This document shows, one piece after another, positions 55,528 to 64,000 of a DNA stretch of 64,000 nucleotides. How positions within the stretch are numbered: the first letter of the stretch is position 1; every line of letters starts with the position of its first letter. Position numbers and translations under genes: made by a program. A model generated the notes under the pieces. That model was not told where the DNA came from and did not search any database. It was given only the letters and a program-made list of their open reading frames with translations. Source of the stretch: Methanocaldococcus sp. 28A (lineage in GTDB: Archaea; AGJL01; Methanococci; Methanococcales; Methanocaldococcaceae); the NCBI GenBank assembly GCA_049852185.1, contig CP187540.1; one strand, 5' to 3'.

Positions 55528-56964
55528 ATGGAACTATTTGAGACATTAAAGAAAAAAATTCCTAAAAAAGAAGTTATAACTCCTGAAGAAATGGCAATTA
55601 TTGATGATAATGCAGAATATTTAGGAATTCCAAAAATATTGCTAATGGAAAATGCTGGAAAGGCTGTTTATGAAGAAATTAAAGATATTGACGCTGAGGA
55701 GTATGTTATATTCTGTGGAACTGGAAATAACGGGGGAGATGGGTTTGTTGTGGCAAGGCATTTGGGAAGAGGGGAAGTTATATTAATAGGAAAAGAATCT
55801 GAGATAAAAACTTATGAGGCAAGAGAAAACTTTAAAATACTAAAAAATTTGGCAGAGTTTGGAAATATAAAGATTAGAGAAATTAGAAGGGCTGAGGAAG
55901 TTGAAGATATATTTGAAAGATTAAAAAGCAAAAAAGCTGTTATTGTAGATGCAATGATTGGAACTGGAGTTAAAGGAGAGCTGAGAGAGCCATTTAAAAC
56001 AATTGTTGATAAAATTAACGAATTAAAGAAAATAAACAAAGATATTTTTGTTGTTAGTGTGGATGTTGAAACTGGAAACTTAAAGAGCGATTTAACCATA
56101 ACTTTCCACAAAAGAAAGACGATAAATAAAGATAATGCCATTGTAAAAGAGATTGGTATCCCAAAAGAGGCTGAGTATATAGTTGGCTGGGGAGATTTAA
56201 AAGCTTTAAAAAGAAGAAATAAAGATAGTCATAAAGGGCAAAATGGAAAAGTTTTGATTATTGGAGGTAGCAGAGATTTCTTTGGAGCTCCAATATTGGC
56301 CGGCTTAACAGCATTAAAAATTGCTGATTTGGTTGGAATTTTATCAGTTGATAAAGTTATAGACAAGCTAAATCATCCAGAGTTTATTTTATATAGAGTT
56401 GAAGGAGATTATTTAAGCTCTCAACATGTTGATTATGCTTTAAATATAGCTAACAAGTATGATGTTGTTGTTTTAGGTAATGGTTTATCAGCTAATAACA
56501 GAACTAAAGCATTTGTAAATGAATTCCTATCAAAATATGATAAAAAGGTTGTAATTGATGCTGACGCAATTAAAGTTATTGATTACAGCAACTTTGTATT
56601 TAAGGAGAATTATATCTTTACTCCACACAAAAAAGAGTTTGAATACATGAATATTGACTTAGATAATATTGAAGAGATAAAATCAACAATTGTATTAAAG
56701 GGAAGGTATGATGTAATATTTAACGCCGATAATTTAAAAATAAATAAAACTGGAAATGCTGGTTTAACAAAGGGGGGAACTGGAGATGTCTTAGCTGGTT
56801 TAATTGGGGCGTTGTTTGCTGTTAATGAACCATTTATTTCAGCATGCTGTGGGGCTTTTATTAATGGCTATGCTGGAGATTTGTTATTGAAAGAGAAAGG
56901 TTATTACTATACTCCACTTGATTTAATTGAGAAAATCCCTAATGTCTTAAAAATCTTTAAATAG
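55528..56964 (+). CDS. nnr: Bifunctional NAD(P)HX epimerase/dehydratase
   Basis: LMENAG, GTGNNGGDG, HKGQNG, TPH..EF, GGTGDVLAG. Confidence 0.93.
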   Translation: MELFETLKKKIPKKEVITPEEMAIIDDNAEYLGIPKILLMENAGKAVYEEIKDIDAEEYVIFCGTGNNGGDGFVVARHLGRGEVILIGKESEIKTYEARENFKILKNLAEFGNIKIREIRRAEEVEDIFERLKSKKAVIVDAMIGTGVKGELREPFKTIVDKINELKKINKDIFVVSVDVETGNLKSDLTITFHKRKTINKDNAIVKEIGIPKEAEYIVGWGDLKALKRRNKDSHKGQNGKVLIIGGSRDFFGAPILAGLTALKIADLVGILSVDKVIDKLNHPEFILYRVEGDYLSSQHVDYALNIANKYDVVVLGNGLSANNRTKAFVNEFLSKYDKKVVIDADAIKVIDYSNFVFKENYIFTPHKKEFEYMNIDLDNIEEIKSTIVLKGRYDVIFNADNLKINKTGNAGLTKGGTGDVLAGLIGALFAVNEPFISACCGAFINGYAGDLLLKEKGYYYTPLDLIEKIPNVLKIFK

Positions 56965-56972
56965 GAGAGATT

Positions 56973-57842
56973 ATGAAAGCAGATTTGCATATACACACAA
57001 AATATTCAGGAATTGGTAGATTTTGGAAACTTAAATTTCCTGACTCTGTTGAAGAGCCGAGAAATATATTAAAAGTTGCTAAGAAAAAAGGTATTGATAT
57101 TATAGCAATAACAGACCACAATACAATTAGGGGAGGGGTAGAAACAAAAAAATTAGAGAAAGAGTTTGGAGTAGAGGTTATTATAGGAAGCGAAATTATG
57201 ACTACTGAAGGAGAAATTATAGGGTTATTTTTAAATGAGGATATACCAAAATATTTAACTCCTGAAGAGACAATAGAAAGAATTAAAGAACAAGGAGGTT
57301 TAGCTATAGCTCCACATCCATATAGCCCAATATGTAAAGCCCTTGGAGATAGAATATTTGATTTAGAGTTGGATGGAGTTGAGGTTTTTAACGCCTATCA
57401 TAGGGATGGAATTGTAAATAATATAGCTTTAAATAAGGTTATAAAAAATTATTACAAAAAGCCATTTGCATTTATTGGTAGTAGTGATGCCCATATAGCA
57501 AGAATGGTTGGTAATGCTCACACTCTATTTGAAGGTAATTCAGCAGATGATTTATATAAAGCAATAATTAAAAAAAGAACAACTTTTGGAGGAAAACCTA
57601 CTCCTTTATATCAAGCCATATTATGGAGTTATGATATTGTTTATGAGTCAGAGAAAATGTTAATAAAATCTTTAATATTTAAGATAGATGATGACACTAT
57701 AGATTCAATAAAATTTCATAAAAAGATTTTAGGAGTTTTTGGAGGATTTATCTATATGTTTACACCTCTTCCAATAGTTTCTGGATTTTTAGGGAATTAT
57801 TATCTTAAAAAGAAAGCAAAAGAAAAGATGAAAGAAATATAA
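56973..57842 (+). CDS. PHP-domain metallophosphoesterase
   Basis: DLHIHT, ITDHN, PHP, SDAH. Confidence 0.88.
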   Translation: MKADLHIHTKYSGIGRFWKLKFPDSVEEPRNILKVAKKKGIDIIAITDHNTIRGGVETKKLEKEFGVEVIIGSEIMTTEGEIIGLFLNEDIPKYLTPEETIERIKEQGGLAIAPHPYSPICKALGDRIFDLELDGVEVFNAYHRDGIVNNIALNKVIKNYYKKPFAFIGSSDAHIARMVGNAHTLFEGNSADDLYKAIIKKRTTFGGKPTPLYQAILWSYDIVYESEKMLIKSLIFKIDDDTIDSIKFHKKILGVFGGFIYMFTPLPIVSGFLGNYYLKKKAKEKMKEI

Positions 57843-57852
57843 AATGTAATAT

Positions 57853-57947
57853 TATAATTTTGTGCAAAATAGACCAAACATTATAAGGAAAATTGAATGT
57901 TTCCTAAAGGAAGACATTTATTACTACCTCTTATATAAAAAACTATA
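57853..57947. repeat. Palindromic repeat family B, degenerate
   Basis: TATAATTTTGTGCAAAA ... AATGTTTCC-TAAA-GGAAGACATT ... AACTATA. Confidence 0.65.
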
Positions 57948-58096
57948 GCTTGAGAACATGATGATGGGTCATTATAAATATGGATAAATATAGCTCTTAT
58001 TAATCCATTTATCTATAAATTCCTATATGAAAATTAAACTGTTTCAAACGGTAATATTAACTCAAAGATTTAACTATATCCATGTTTTGTGGGAGT

Positions 58097-58567
58097 ATGA
58101 AAGGAAAAAAGATAGCTATTGTATCTCACTGTATATTAAATCAAAATAGTGTTGTTAATGGTTTAGAGAGAGCCGAAGGGGCTTTTAATGAGGTTGTTGA
58201 AATTCTTTTAAAGAATAATTATGCTATAATTCAATTACCTTGTCCAGAGATAATTTATTTAGGATATGAAAGGGAAGGAAAAACAAAAGAGGAATATGAT
58301 ACAGAAGAATATAGAACACTATGTAGAGAACTTTTAAAGCCAATAATTAAATATTTGCAAGAATATATGAAAGATAACTTTAAATTTATTTTAATTGGGA
58401 TAGAAAACTCTCCAACATGTGATATTTCTAAAAATAGAGGAATTTTAATGGAAGAACTTTTAAAAGAGATTGAAAATTTAAATATTAACATTAAGGTAAT
58501 AGAATATCCAAAAAATAAAGAAGATTATAAAAAATTTATAAAAACTTTAAAGGAGATGATAGAATGA
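58097..58567 (+). CDS. TudS/DUF523-related Fe-S protein (putative desulfidase)
   Basis: SHCILNQN, QLPCPE, SPTC: three conserved Cys. Confidence 0.75.
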   Translation: MKGKKIAIVSHCILNQNSVVNGLERAEGAFNEVVEILLKNNYAIIQLPCPEIIYLGYEREGKTKEEYDTEEYRTLCRELLKPIIKYLQEYMKDNFKFILIGIENSPTCDISKNRGILMEELLKEIENLNINIKVIEYPKNKEDYKKFIKTLKEMIE

Positions 58568-59295
58568 TTTTGGGAATAGATGTTGGCTCTACAACTACAA
58601 AAATGGTCCTAATGGAAGATGAGAAAATAGTTTGGTATAAAATAGAGGATATTGGAGTAGTTATTGAAGAGGATATTTTATTAAAAATGGTTAAAGAGAT
58701 TGAGCAAAAATATTCAATAGATAAAATTATAGCAACTGGATATGGAAGACATAAAATTAGTTTTGCAGATAAAGTAGTTCCAGAAGTTATTGCTTTAGGA
58801 AAAGGAGCTAATTATTTCTTTAATGATGTGGATGGAGTTGTAGATATTGGAGGACAGGATACAAAGGTTTTAAAGATTAATAAAGATGGGAAAGTCATTG
58901 ATTTTATCCTATCAGATAAATGTGCAGCTGGAACTGGAAAATTCTTAGAAAAAGCTTTAGATATTTTAAAAATTAATAAAAATGAAGTAGATAAATATAA
59001 ATCAGAAAATGTTGCCAAAATATCATCAATGTGTGCAGTTTTTGCTGAAAGTGAAATAATAAGCTTACTGTCTAAAAAAATTCCAAAAGAAGAGATTTTA
59101 ATGGGAGTTTATGACAGTATAATAAATAGAGTTATTCCAATGATAAACAAGCTTAAAATACAAAATATAGTATTTAGTGGTGGAGTTGCTAAAAATAAAG
59201 TTTTTGTTGATATGTTTGAAAGAAAGTTAAATAAAAAGCTTTTAATTCCAGAAGAACCGCAGATTGTTTGCTGTGTTGGAGCCATATTAGTATAA
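58564..59295 (+). CDS. HgdC/BcrA-type [4Fe-4S] ATP-dependent activator (archerase)
   Basis: GIDVGSTTTK, TGYGR, DIGGQDTK, CAAGTG, CAVFAESE. Confidence 0.92.
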   Translation: MILGIDVGSTTTKMVLMEDEKIVWYKIEDIGVVIEEDILLKMVKEIEQKYSIDKIIATGYGRHKISFADKVVPEVIALGKGANYFFNDVDGVVDIGGQDTKVLKINKDGKVIDFILSDKCAAGTGKFLEKALDILKINKNEVDKYKSENVAKISSMCAVFAESEIISLLSKKIPKEEILMGVYDSIINRVIPMINKLKIQNIVFSGGVAKNKVFVDMFERKLNKKLLIPEEPQIVCCVGAILV

Positions 59296-59311
59296 ATTTT
59301 ATTATTACTTA

Positions 59312-60451
59312 TTACTTTTCACTTATAAACAATGGTGGCAAGCTATCATCAACACCAGGAACATAACCAAAGGTATCTCTAATCTTCAACTGCATTCTGT
59401 GGAATATATATGCAAGTGGAATATCCATTGGGCAGACATCTTCGCATTGCCCACAATTTATACAGCTTTGAGATATATGGCTCAATCTAATCCCCTGGAA
59501 CATTAAAGGATTTGGCGGGATTTTTCCTTTTTCATTAATATAATCTTTCTCTAATCTACATTCAACACAGAAGCAGAGTGGGCAGTTATCTCTACAACCA
59601 TAACACTTTATACACCTATTCCAATATTTCTGCCACTCTTTAAGGTTTGGATATTCATCTTCCAAATGTATTTTTTGGAATTTTTTAGCCAACTTTATCA
59701 TGACATTCTCTATTTTCTCCCTAATTTGAATTGCCTTTTCTGAAGGTTCTTTAATTTTGATATAGCCTTCTTTTTCAGCGTCCTCAACTAATTTTTTTCC
59801 TTTTTCTGAACAGATTTCAACAAACGTCCAGCCCTTTTCAGCTCCCCAATTTCCACAAGCTAAATCAGCCATTCTTGGAACCATAACTTCACATCTTTGG
59901 CAGTTTTTCCTTCTACCAAAACCTTTTTCTTCTAACTCATCTATTTTAACAGCTTTATGTTCTCCATTTTTTAATTCAATAATAAACTTCCCTTTATCTA
60001 TTTCTTCCTTAACAACATCTAATGGATTAACTTCATAAAACAACTCAATCATTTTCATAGCAGTTATTGGATTTATTGTCCCTCCACAATTCAAACCAAG
60101 CATATAGATGTTATCTAAGTTTACCTGGTTTAACTTTGCCAACTCTTTAATAGCCATAGCATCACATGGTTTAGTAGAGACGGCAATTTTTTTATCATTC
60201 AAATATTTACTAATTATCTTTCCAAAATTTGTTGGTGCACAGTGCAAAGAGCCTGCGGTTTCTACCAATTCATCAGAATTTGTTATAAATGCTGGAATTC
60301 CATCGTATATATCTTCTCCTCTCTTTAAAGCTAAAACTCCATCAACAAGCTTGTTATCTAATAAGTATTTGAATAATGCAGTTACTGCCCCACCACATTC
60401 TGCTTTCTTTAAAATTTCATTATCCGTAGCTTGGATTAATGCATATTTCAT
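59312..60451 (-). CDS. fdhB: F420-dependent formate dehydrogenase beta subunit (FrhB/FdhB family)
   Basis: [25 protein letters not shown], two C-terminal ferredoxin motifs. Confidence 0.9.
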   Translation of the reverse strand: MKYALIQATDNEILKKAECGGAVTALFKYLLDNKLVDGVLALKRGEDIYDGIPAFITNSDELVETAGSLHCAPTNFGKIISKYLNDKKIAVSTKPCDAMAIKELAKLNQVNLDNIYMLGLNCGGTINPITAMKMIELFYEVNPLDVVKEEIDKGKFIIELKNGEHKAVKIDELEEKGFGRRKNCQRCEVMVPRMADLACGNWGAEKGWTFVEICSEKGKKLVEDAEKEGYIKIKEPSEKAIQIREKIENVMIKLAKKFQKIHLEDEYPNLKEWQKYWNRCIKCYGCRDNCPLCFCVECRLEKDYINEKGKIPPNPLMFQGIRLSHISQSCINCGQCEDVCPMDIPLAYIFHRMQLKIRDTFGYVPGVDDSLPPLFISEK

Positions 60452-61095
60452 AATACCACCTTAGTTATTTCTTTTTGAATGTCTTCTAATGAATTGAACC
60501 CTAAATCAATTCCAAGCTTTTCAGCTAAGCTTTTTATTATAAGATAATCATCCATAGCTTCTCCAGGAGGGTTTACAGCTTTGTTTATTTTTTGAATTCT
60601 TTTATCAGTGTTTGTAAAGGTTCCCTCTTTCTCAGCCCAACAAGTTGAGGGTAGAACTACATCAGCTAATTCAGCTGTTTCACTCATTATAATATCTTGG
60701 ACAACTAAAAATTCAGTATTTTTTAGTGCATCTTTATCAATTAAAGCAGGATTCTCTCCCATTATGTATAAGCACTTTGAATTTTTTAATAATTCAAGAT
60801 ATTTATCTTTATTTAGAGCAGGAATGCCAATAAGTGTGGCACCAACAGTGTTGCAGTGCTTAGCAACTGGCAAAACTTTAGCAATTTTAGGCATTTTATC
60901 AACATCTATTGGTGCATTGATTATAATAATAGTGTTTTCATCAACATTACCTAAATCAATATCCTCATAGCTATCAACCTTTACGAACTTGTCGGCATTT
61001 AATTTTAGGATATCTTTCTCCTCTATATTGAAAATTGTTACCTTAGCCCCTTTATCTTTTGCTTTAATAACTTTTCTTCCAATCAATGCATGTTG
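60448..61095 (-). pseudogene. 5'-truncated FdhA-like molybdopterin oxidoreductase fragment
   Basis: [35 protein letters not shown] retained; no N-terminal Fe-S (CxxC) region; first ~14 residues of the track ORF come from the adjacent element. Confidence 0.7.
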
Positions 61096-61445
61096 CCGTT
61101 TGGAACTGTTTAATTTTCCATAGACAAATATAGACATTTATAGATTTTCATTACCGAAAGATTTATATGTGGGTATATATAAGAAATAAGGATTATAACT
61201 GCCCCAGATGCGGGAGTAAAATGGAGTCCCAAGAGTGGCAGTTATTATCGAATATTAATTGATGGGAGGAGCTGGGGTTCTCTCGGAGCGAAGCGACGAG
61301 AACTTAAAAACCTTACGGTTTTTATGTCCATGACAGGGGTGGAGACCAATGATATGCTCCCGATGAACCCAGAGAGAGATGAGGCTGATGACGCCCAAGT
61401 CCAATATGGACGTTTGTCTATATTTGTCCATATTGGACAGACCCC
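61096..61445 (+). mobile_element. Non-autonomous tnpB-derived mini-element (IS607/IS200-605 type); ends approximate
   Basis: Subterminal inverted motif ATAGACAAATATAGACA (61120-36) vs TGTCTATATTTGTCCAT (61415-31); 10-bp periodic TAGAC repeats; BRE-TATA CGAAAGATTTATAT; CPRCGSKM zinc-finger remnant; GC-rich structured 3' part. Confidence 0.55.
61260..61445 (+). ncRNA. Putative omegaRNA/HgcC-like (sotRNA) structured RNA
   Basis: GC-rich island in AT-rich DNA; hairpins GGGTTCTC/GAGAACTT, AAAAACC/GGTTTTT, long-range GGGAG.GAGC/GCTCCC, several GATGA motifs, 13-bp inverted repeat at 61399-61438. Confidence 0.5.
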
Positions 61446-61497
61446 TTCTTAATGGTAAGAGAGAACAAAAACAAATATAGATTTAGATATAAATTAA

Positions 61498-62535
61498 TTA
61501 TTTGTTACTAATTTCCATAATTTTCTTTTTCATTGGAGGGGTTATAATTGGCTTTTCAGGGATTAAACCAGATGGCTTATAGTAAAGAATGAGAAGCATT
61601 AAAACTCCAAATAGCATATAGGATAGCCAAACCGGCTCAAATGGAATATTTAAGGTATATTTTAAATCATATTTATAAACATCTAATAATACTTTAACTA
61701 TAACATAACATAAAACCCCTAAAGCGACTCCTTTATTATTTCCTTTCCCTCCCAATAGAACCATTAAGAATGGGAAAAACGTCCATTCAACCCTTGTAAA
61801 TGCATTAGCAACTATATTTACTGTATATAAGGAATACAAAGCTCCTGCAATAGCACCAATTGCAGAACCAATTGCCATTGTTTTTATCCTCAACTTCATT
61901 ATGTCTCTACCAAATGCCTTAACAGTGTTTTCATTTTCTCTCATTGCTTTCAATATTCTCCCAAATGGAGTATTTAACAATCTTTCAAAGAATAAATAAA
62001 CTAAAAAGGCAATAAATAACACTATTCCTGTAAATACCCAACCTCTGTACTCCCCAGAGACAAACGCTAAGATATCTGGTGTTGATATTCCATAATAGCC
62101 ACCAATTATATTTAGATTATAAGTACAAACTAAAAGCACAGCTTCGCTTATAGCCAATAATGTAACCCCTAAATAATCCTCTTTTAACTTAGCACTTGGT
62201 AAAATAAAGATAGCTCCAACAATAAATCCTAAAATTGAGGCTAATACTATAGCTAATATTAAAATTCCTATCCCAACTAATGGATTTGAAGCAATTAAAT
62301 TATTTATCATAGATGTTGCATAAGTAGAGCCCTCAATCAACCCTCCTCCAACACCAAAATAAAGCATTAACAACCTATCTAAAATTCCTCCAACTGCAAT
62401 TGCCCCAACTAAAACAGACAAAGCTTTACCAAAGTTTGGGATTCCAGCATAACCAAATTCCATATTTAAGGATAATGATACTATATAATAGATACCAAAC
62501 CACAATAAGATTAAAGATATAAGCTCAACAATCAT
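61498..62535 (-). CDS. livM: Branched-chain amino acid ABC transporter permease
   Basis: SLNMEFGYAGIPNFG, DYLGVTLL, PFGRILKAMRENE, LGG.GN..G. Confidence 0.88.
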   Translation of the reverse strand: MIVELISLILLWFGIYYIVSLSLNMEFGYAGIPNFGKALSVLVGAIAVGGILDRLLMLYFGVGGGLIEGSTYATSMINNLIASNPLVGIGILILAIVLASILGFIVGAIFILPSAKLKEDYLGVTLLAISEAVLLVCTYNLNIIGGYYGISTPDILAFVSGEYRGWVFTGIVLFIAFLVYLFFERLLNTPFGRILKAMRENENTVKAFGRDIMKLRIKTMAIGSAIGAIAGALYSLYTVNIVANAFTRVEWTFFPFLMVLLGGKGNNKGVALGVLCYVIVKVLLDVYKYDLKYTLNIPFEPVWLSYMLFGVLMLLILYYKPSGLIPEKPIITPPMKKKIMEISNK

Positions 62536-62576
62536 TCTTTCACCTCATAAAAATATTAAAAATCAATTTACAAAAT

Positions 62577-63488
62577 CTAAGATGATAATAATTTAGCTTT
62601 AACTTTTTTCCAATCAACTCCTGTAATTCCATAAGGAGCAACTAATAGTGTTATTATCATTATAATTAAAGAGATAACCTTTCCATAAACTAAGAATCCA
62701 GTTCCAAATACTGATGCCAAGTAATAGGTTATTAAACTTTCAGATATTCCAATTATGTAACCTCCAATTAAAGCTCCACTTATATGTCTCAATCCTCCAA
62801 CAATACTCGCTGCAAAGATTGAAATAATTATTAAATCCCCAGTAGCTGGAACAATTTCTTGCATGAAAGGTAAAAGTCCTCCAGCAACTCCAGCTAAAGC
62901 TCCAGATAGAATCCAAGAGAATAATCTTGTTTTTTCTACATCAATCCCCATTGTTTGAGCAAGGGAAGGATTTTCCATTGATGCTCTTAAAGCAATACCA
63001 AACTTTGTTTTATATAATAAAAGATAAAGCCCAATTAATAGTAAAATAATAACAAACGTTGAAACGAACAAAATTCCTTTAAATCCAAACAAAGTGAAGT
63101 CTAAGTTTGCAAAAACGAATTTTGCCTGAGTAGAACCAACAATTGCACTTAATATTTCAGAATAAGCCCCAATAACCCCTAACAATATCAAATCAATTGC
63201 CAATGTAGCAATCATTAAAATCTCAACTGAAGCTCCTCTTTTTATCAATGGCTTTAAAGCTAAGTAAGTTATTAAACCAACAACTGCTCCAACAACAAAT
63301 AATACTGGTAGAGAAAGATAAGGACTTAGATTAAACAACTCTAACATGGTTAAGGCTACATAACTCCCCACTATTGCATAACTTCCTTGGGCAAAATTTG
63401 GAACGTTTGTTGTTATATAAGTTAGAGTTAATCCTAAAGCCAATAAAACTAAGAGGTTAGAATAAATAATTGCCCCCTCTAAAATCAT
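62577..63488 (-). CDS. livH: Branched-chain amino acid ABC transporter permease
   Basis: LALGLTL....NFAQG, TKFGIALRA..EN..LA..MGI. Confidence 0.88.
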   Translation of the reverse strand: MILEGAIIYSNLLVLLALGLTLTYITTNVPNFAQGSYAIVGSYVALTMLELFNLSPYLSLPVLFVVGAVVGLITYLALKPLIKRGASVEILMIATLAIDLILLGVIGAYSEILSAIVGSTQAKFVFANLDFTLFGFKGILFVSTFVIILLLIGLYLLLYKTKFGIALRASMENPSLAQTMGIDVEKTRLFSWILSGALAGVAGGLLPFMQEIVPATGDLIIISIFAASIVGGLRHISGALIGGYIIGISESLITYYLASVFGTGFLVYGKVISLIIMIITLLVAPYGITGVDWKKVKAKLLSS

Positions 63489-63498
63489 TATTTTCACC

Positions 63499-63999
63499 TT
63501 AAATAGCGGTTATTCCTAATGAATATTCTTTAAACTTCTCATGATTCAATAATTCCTCAGCAGTTCCTTCAAATGCTACTCTTCCACTAACAAACATATA
63601 TCCGTTATCACTAATCTCTAAAGCTCTCTTTGCATTTTGCTCAACTAATAAAATTGTTAATCCAAAGTTATCCCTCATCTCAATAATCTTTTCAAAAATC
63701 ACCTCTGCAAGTTTTGGAGATAGTTGGGCCGTTGGCTCATCTAACATTAAAACTTCAGCATCTCTAACCAATGCCATTCCCATTGCTAAAAATTGTCTTT
63801 GTCCTCCACTTAGTGTTCCTGCTTTTCTCTTTAAAATATCTTTAAGCTCTGGAAATACATTTAAAGCAATTTCAATCCTCTCTTTAACTTTATCTTTATC
63901 TAATACATAACCAGCAATCTTTAGGTTTTCTTCAACAGTTAAATTAGCAAATACGTTGTTTGTTTGTGGTAAATAAGCTATTTTCATTCTTGCTTTTTG
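63499..63999 (-). CDS. livF: Branched-chain amino acid ABC transporter ATPase (5' end beyond window)
   Basis: LTVEENL, LSGGQRQ, LDEPT, LLVEQN; frame stays open to the window edge. Confidence 0.9.
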   Translation of the reverse strand, partial: QKARMKIAYLPQTNNVFANLTVEENLKIAGYVLDKDKVKERIEIALNVFPELKDILKRKAGTLSGGQRQFLAMGMALVRDAEVLMLDEPTAQLSPKLAEVIFEKIIEMRDNFGLTILLVEQNAKRALEISDNGYMFVSGRVAFEGTAEELLNHEKFKEYSLGITAI

Positions 64000-64000
64000 A

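Noticed and set aside
57958-58020. ATGATGA box C suggesting a second C/D sRNA
   Set aside because: No CTGA D or D' boxes at suitable spacing and no terminal stem
61375-61400. GCTGATGACGCCC resembling the 3' end of a fluoride riboswitch
   Set aside because: No matching 5' GAUG..GU stem/pseudoknot partner at the right distance and no downstream same-strand gene; better explained as part of the mini-element RNA
61260-61445. 5'-UTR SECIS for a Sec-type fdhA
   Set aside because: No GAA/A hairpin on the minus strand and the adjacent fdhA-like fragment has no in-frame UGA

Overview
AT-rich chromosomal window from a hyperthermophilic methanogen, most likely a Methanocaldococcus close to M. jannaschii (judged from recognisable orthologues). 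Most genes are housekeeping: TFS, cimA, korA, ilvB, FKBP, DGGGP synthase, NAC, a divergent glycogen/glycolysis cluster, rad50/mre11, mobB, DRG GTPase, map, guaAA, cbiF, pyrB, tatD, aldolase, nnr, fdhB and livFHM. The ORF track misses or splits several real features. The hdrA-vhuDGAUB-fwdB selenoprotein operon has five in-frame UGA codons in four genes, three canonical SECIS hairpins and one atypical one. There is an sR8-like C/D-box guide RNA and two decayed transposase remnants. About 16 copies of three palindromic MITE-like repeat families are present. The most interesting items are: (i) a three-gene secreted/surface-protein cluster whose two large members share a C-terminal FIVGIDP motif, a candidate uncharacterised surface-fibre or sorting system; (ii) a ~350-bp non-autonomous tnpB-derived mini-element with its own promoter and a structured omega/HgcC-like RNA, sitting where an fdhA-like gene is truncated; (iii) an hdrA SECIS with UAA in place of the GAA core. 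No CRISPR array, tRNA or rRNA was seen. Product calls come from motif recognition only. M. jannaschii locus numbers are quoted from memory and need database confirmation.
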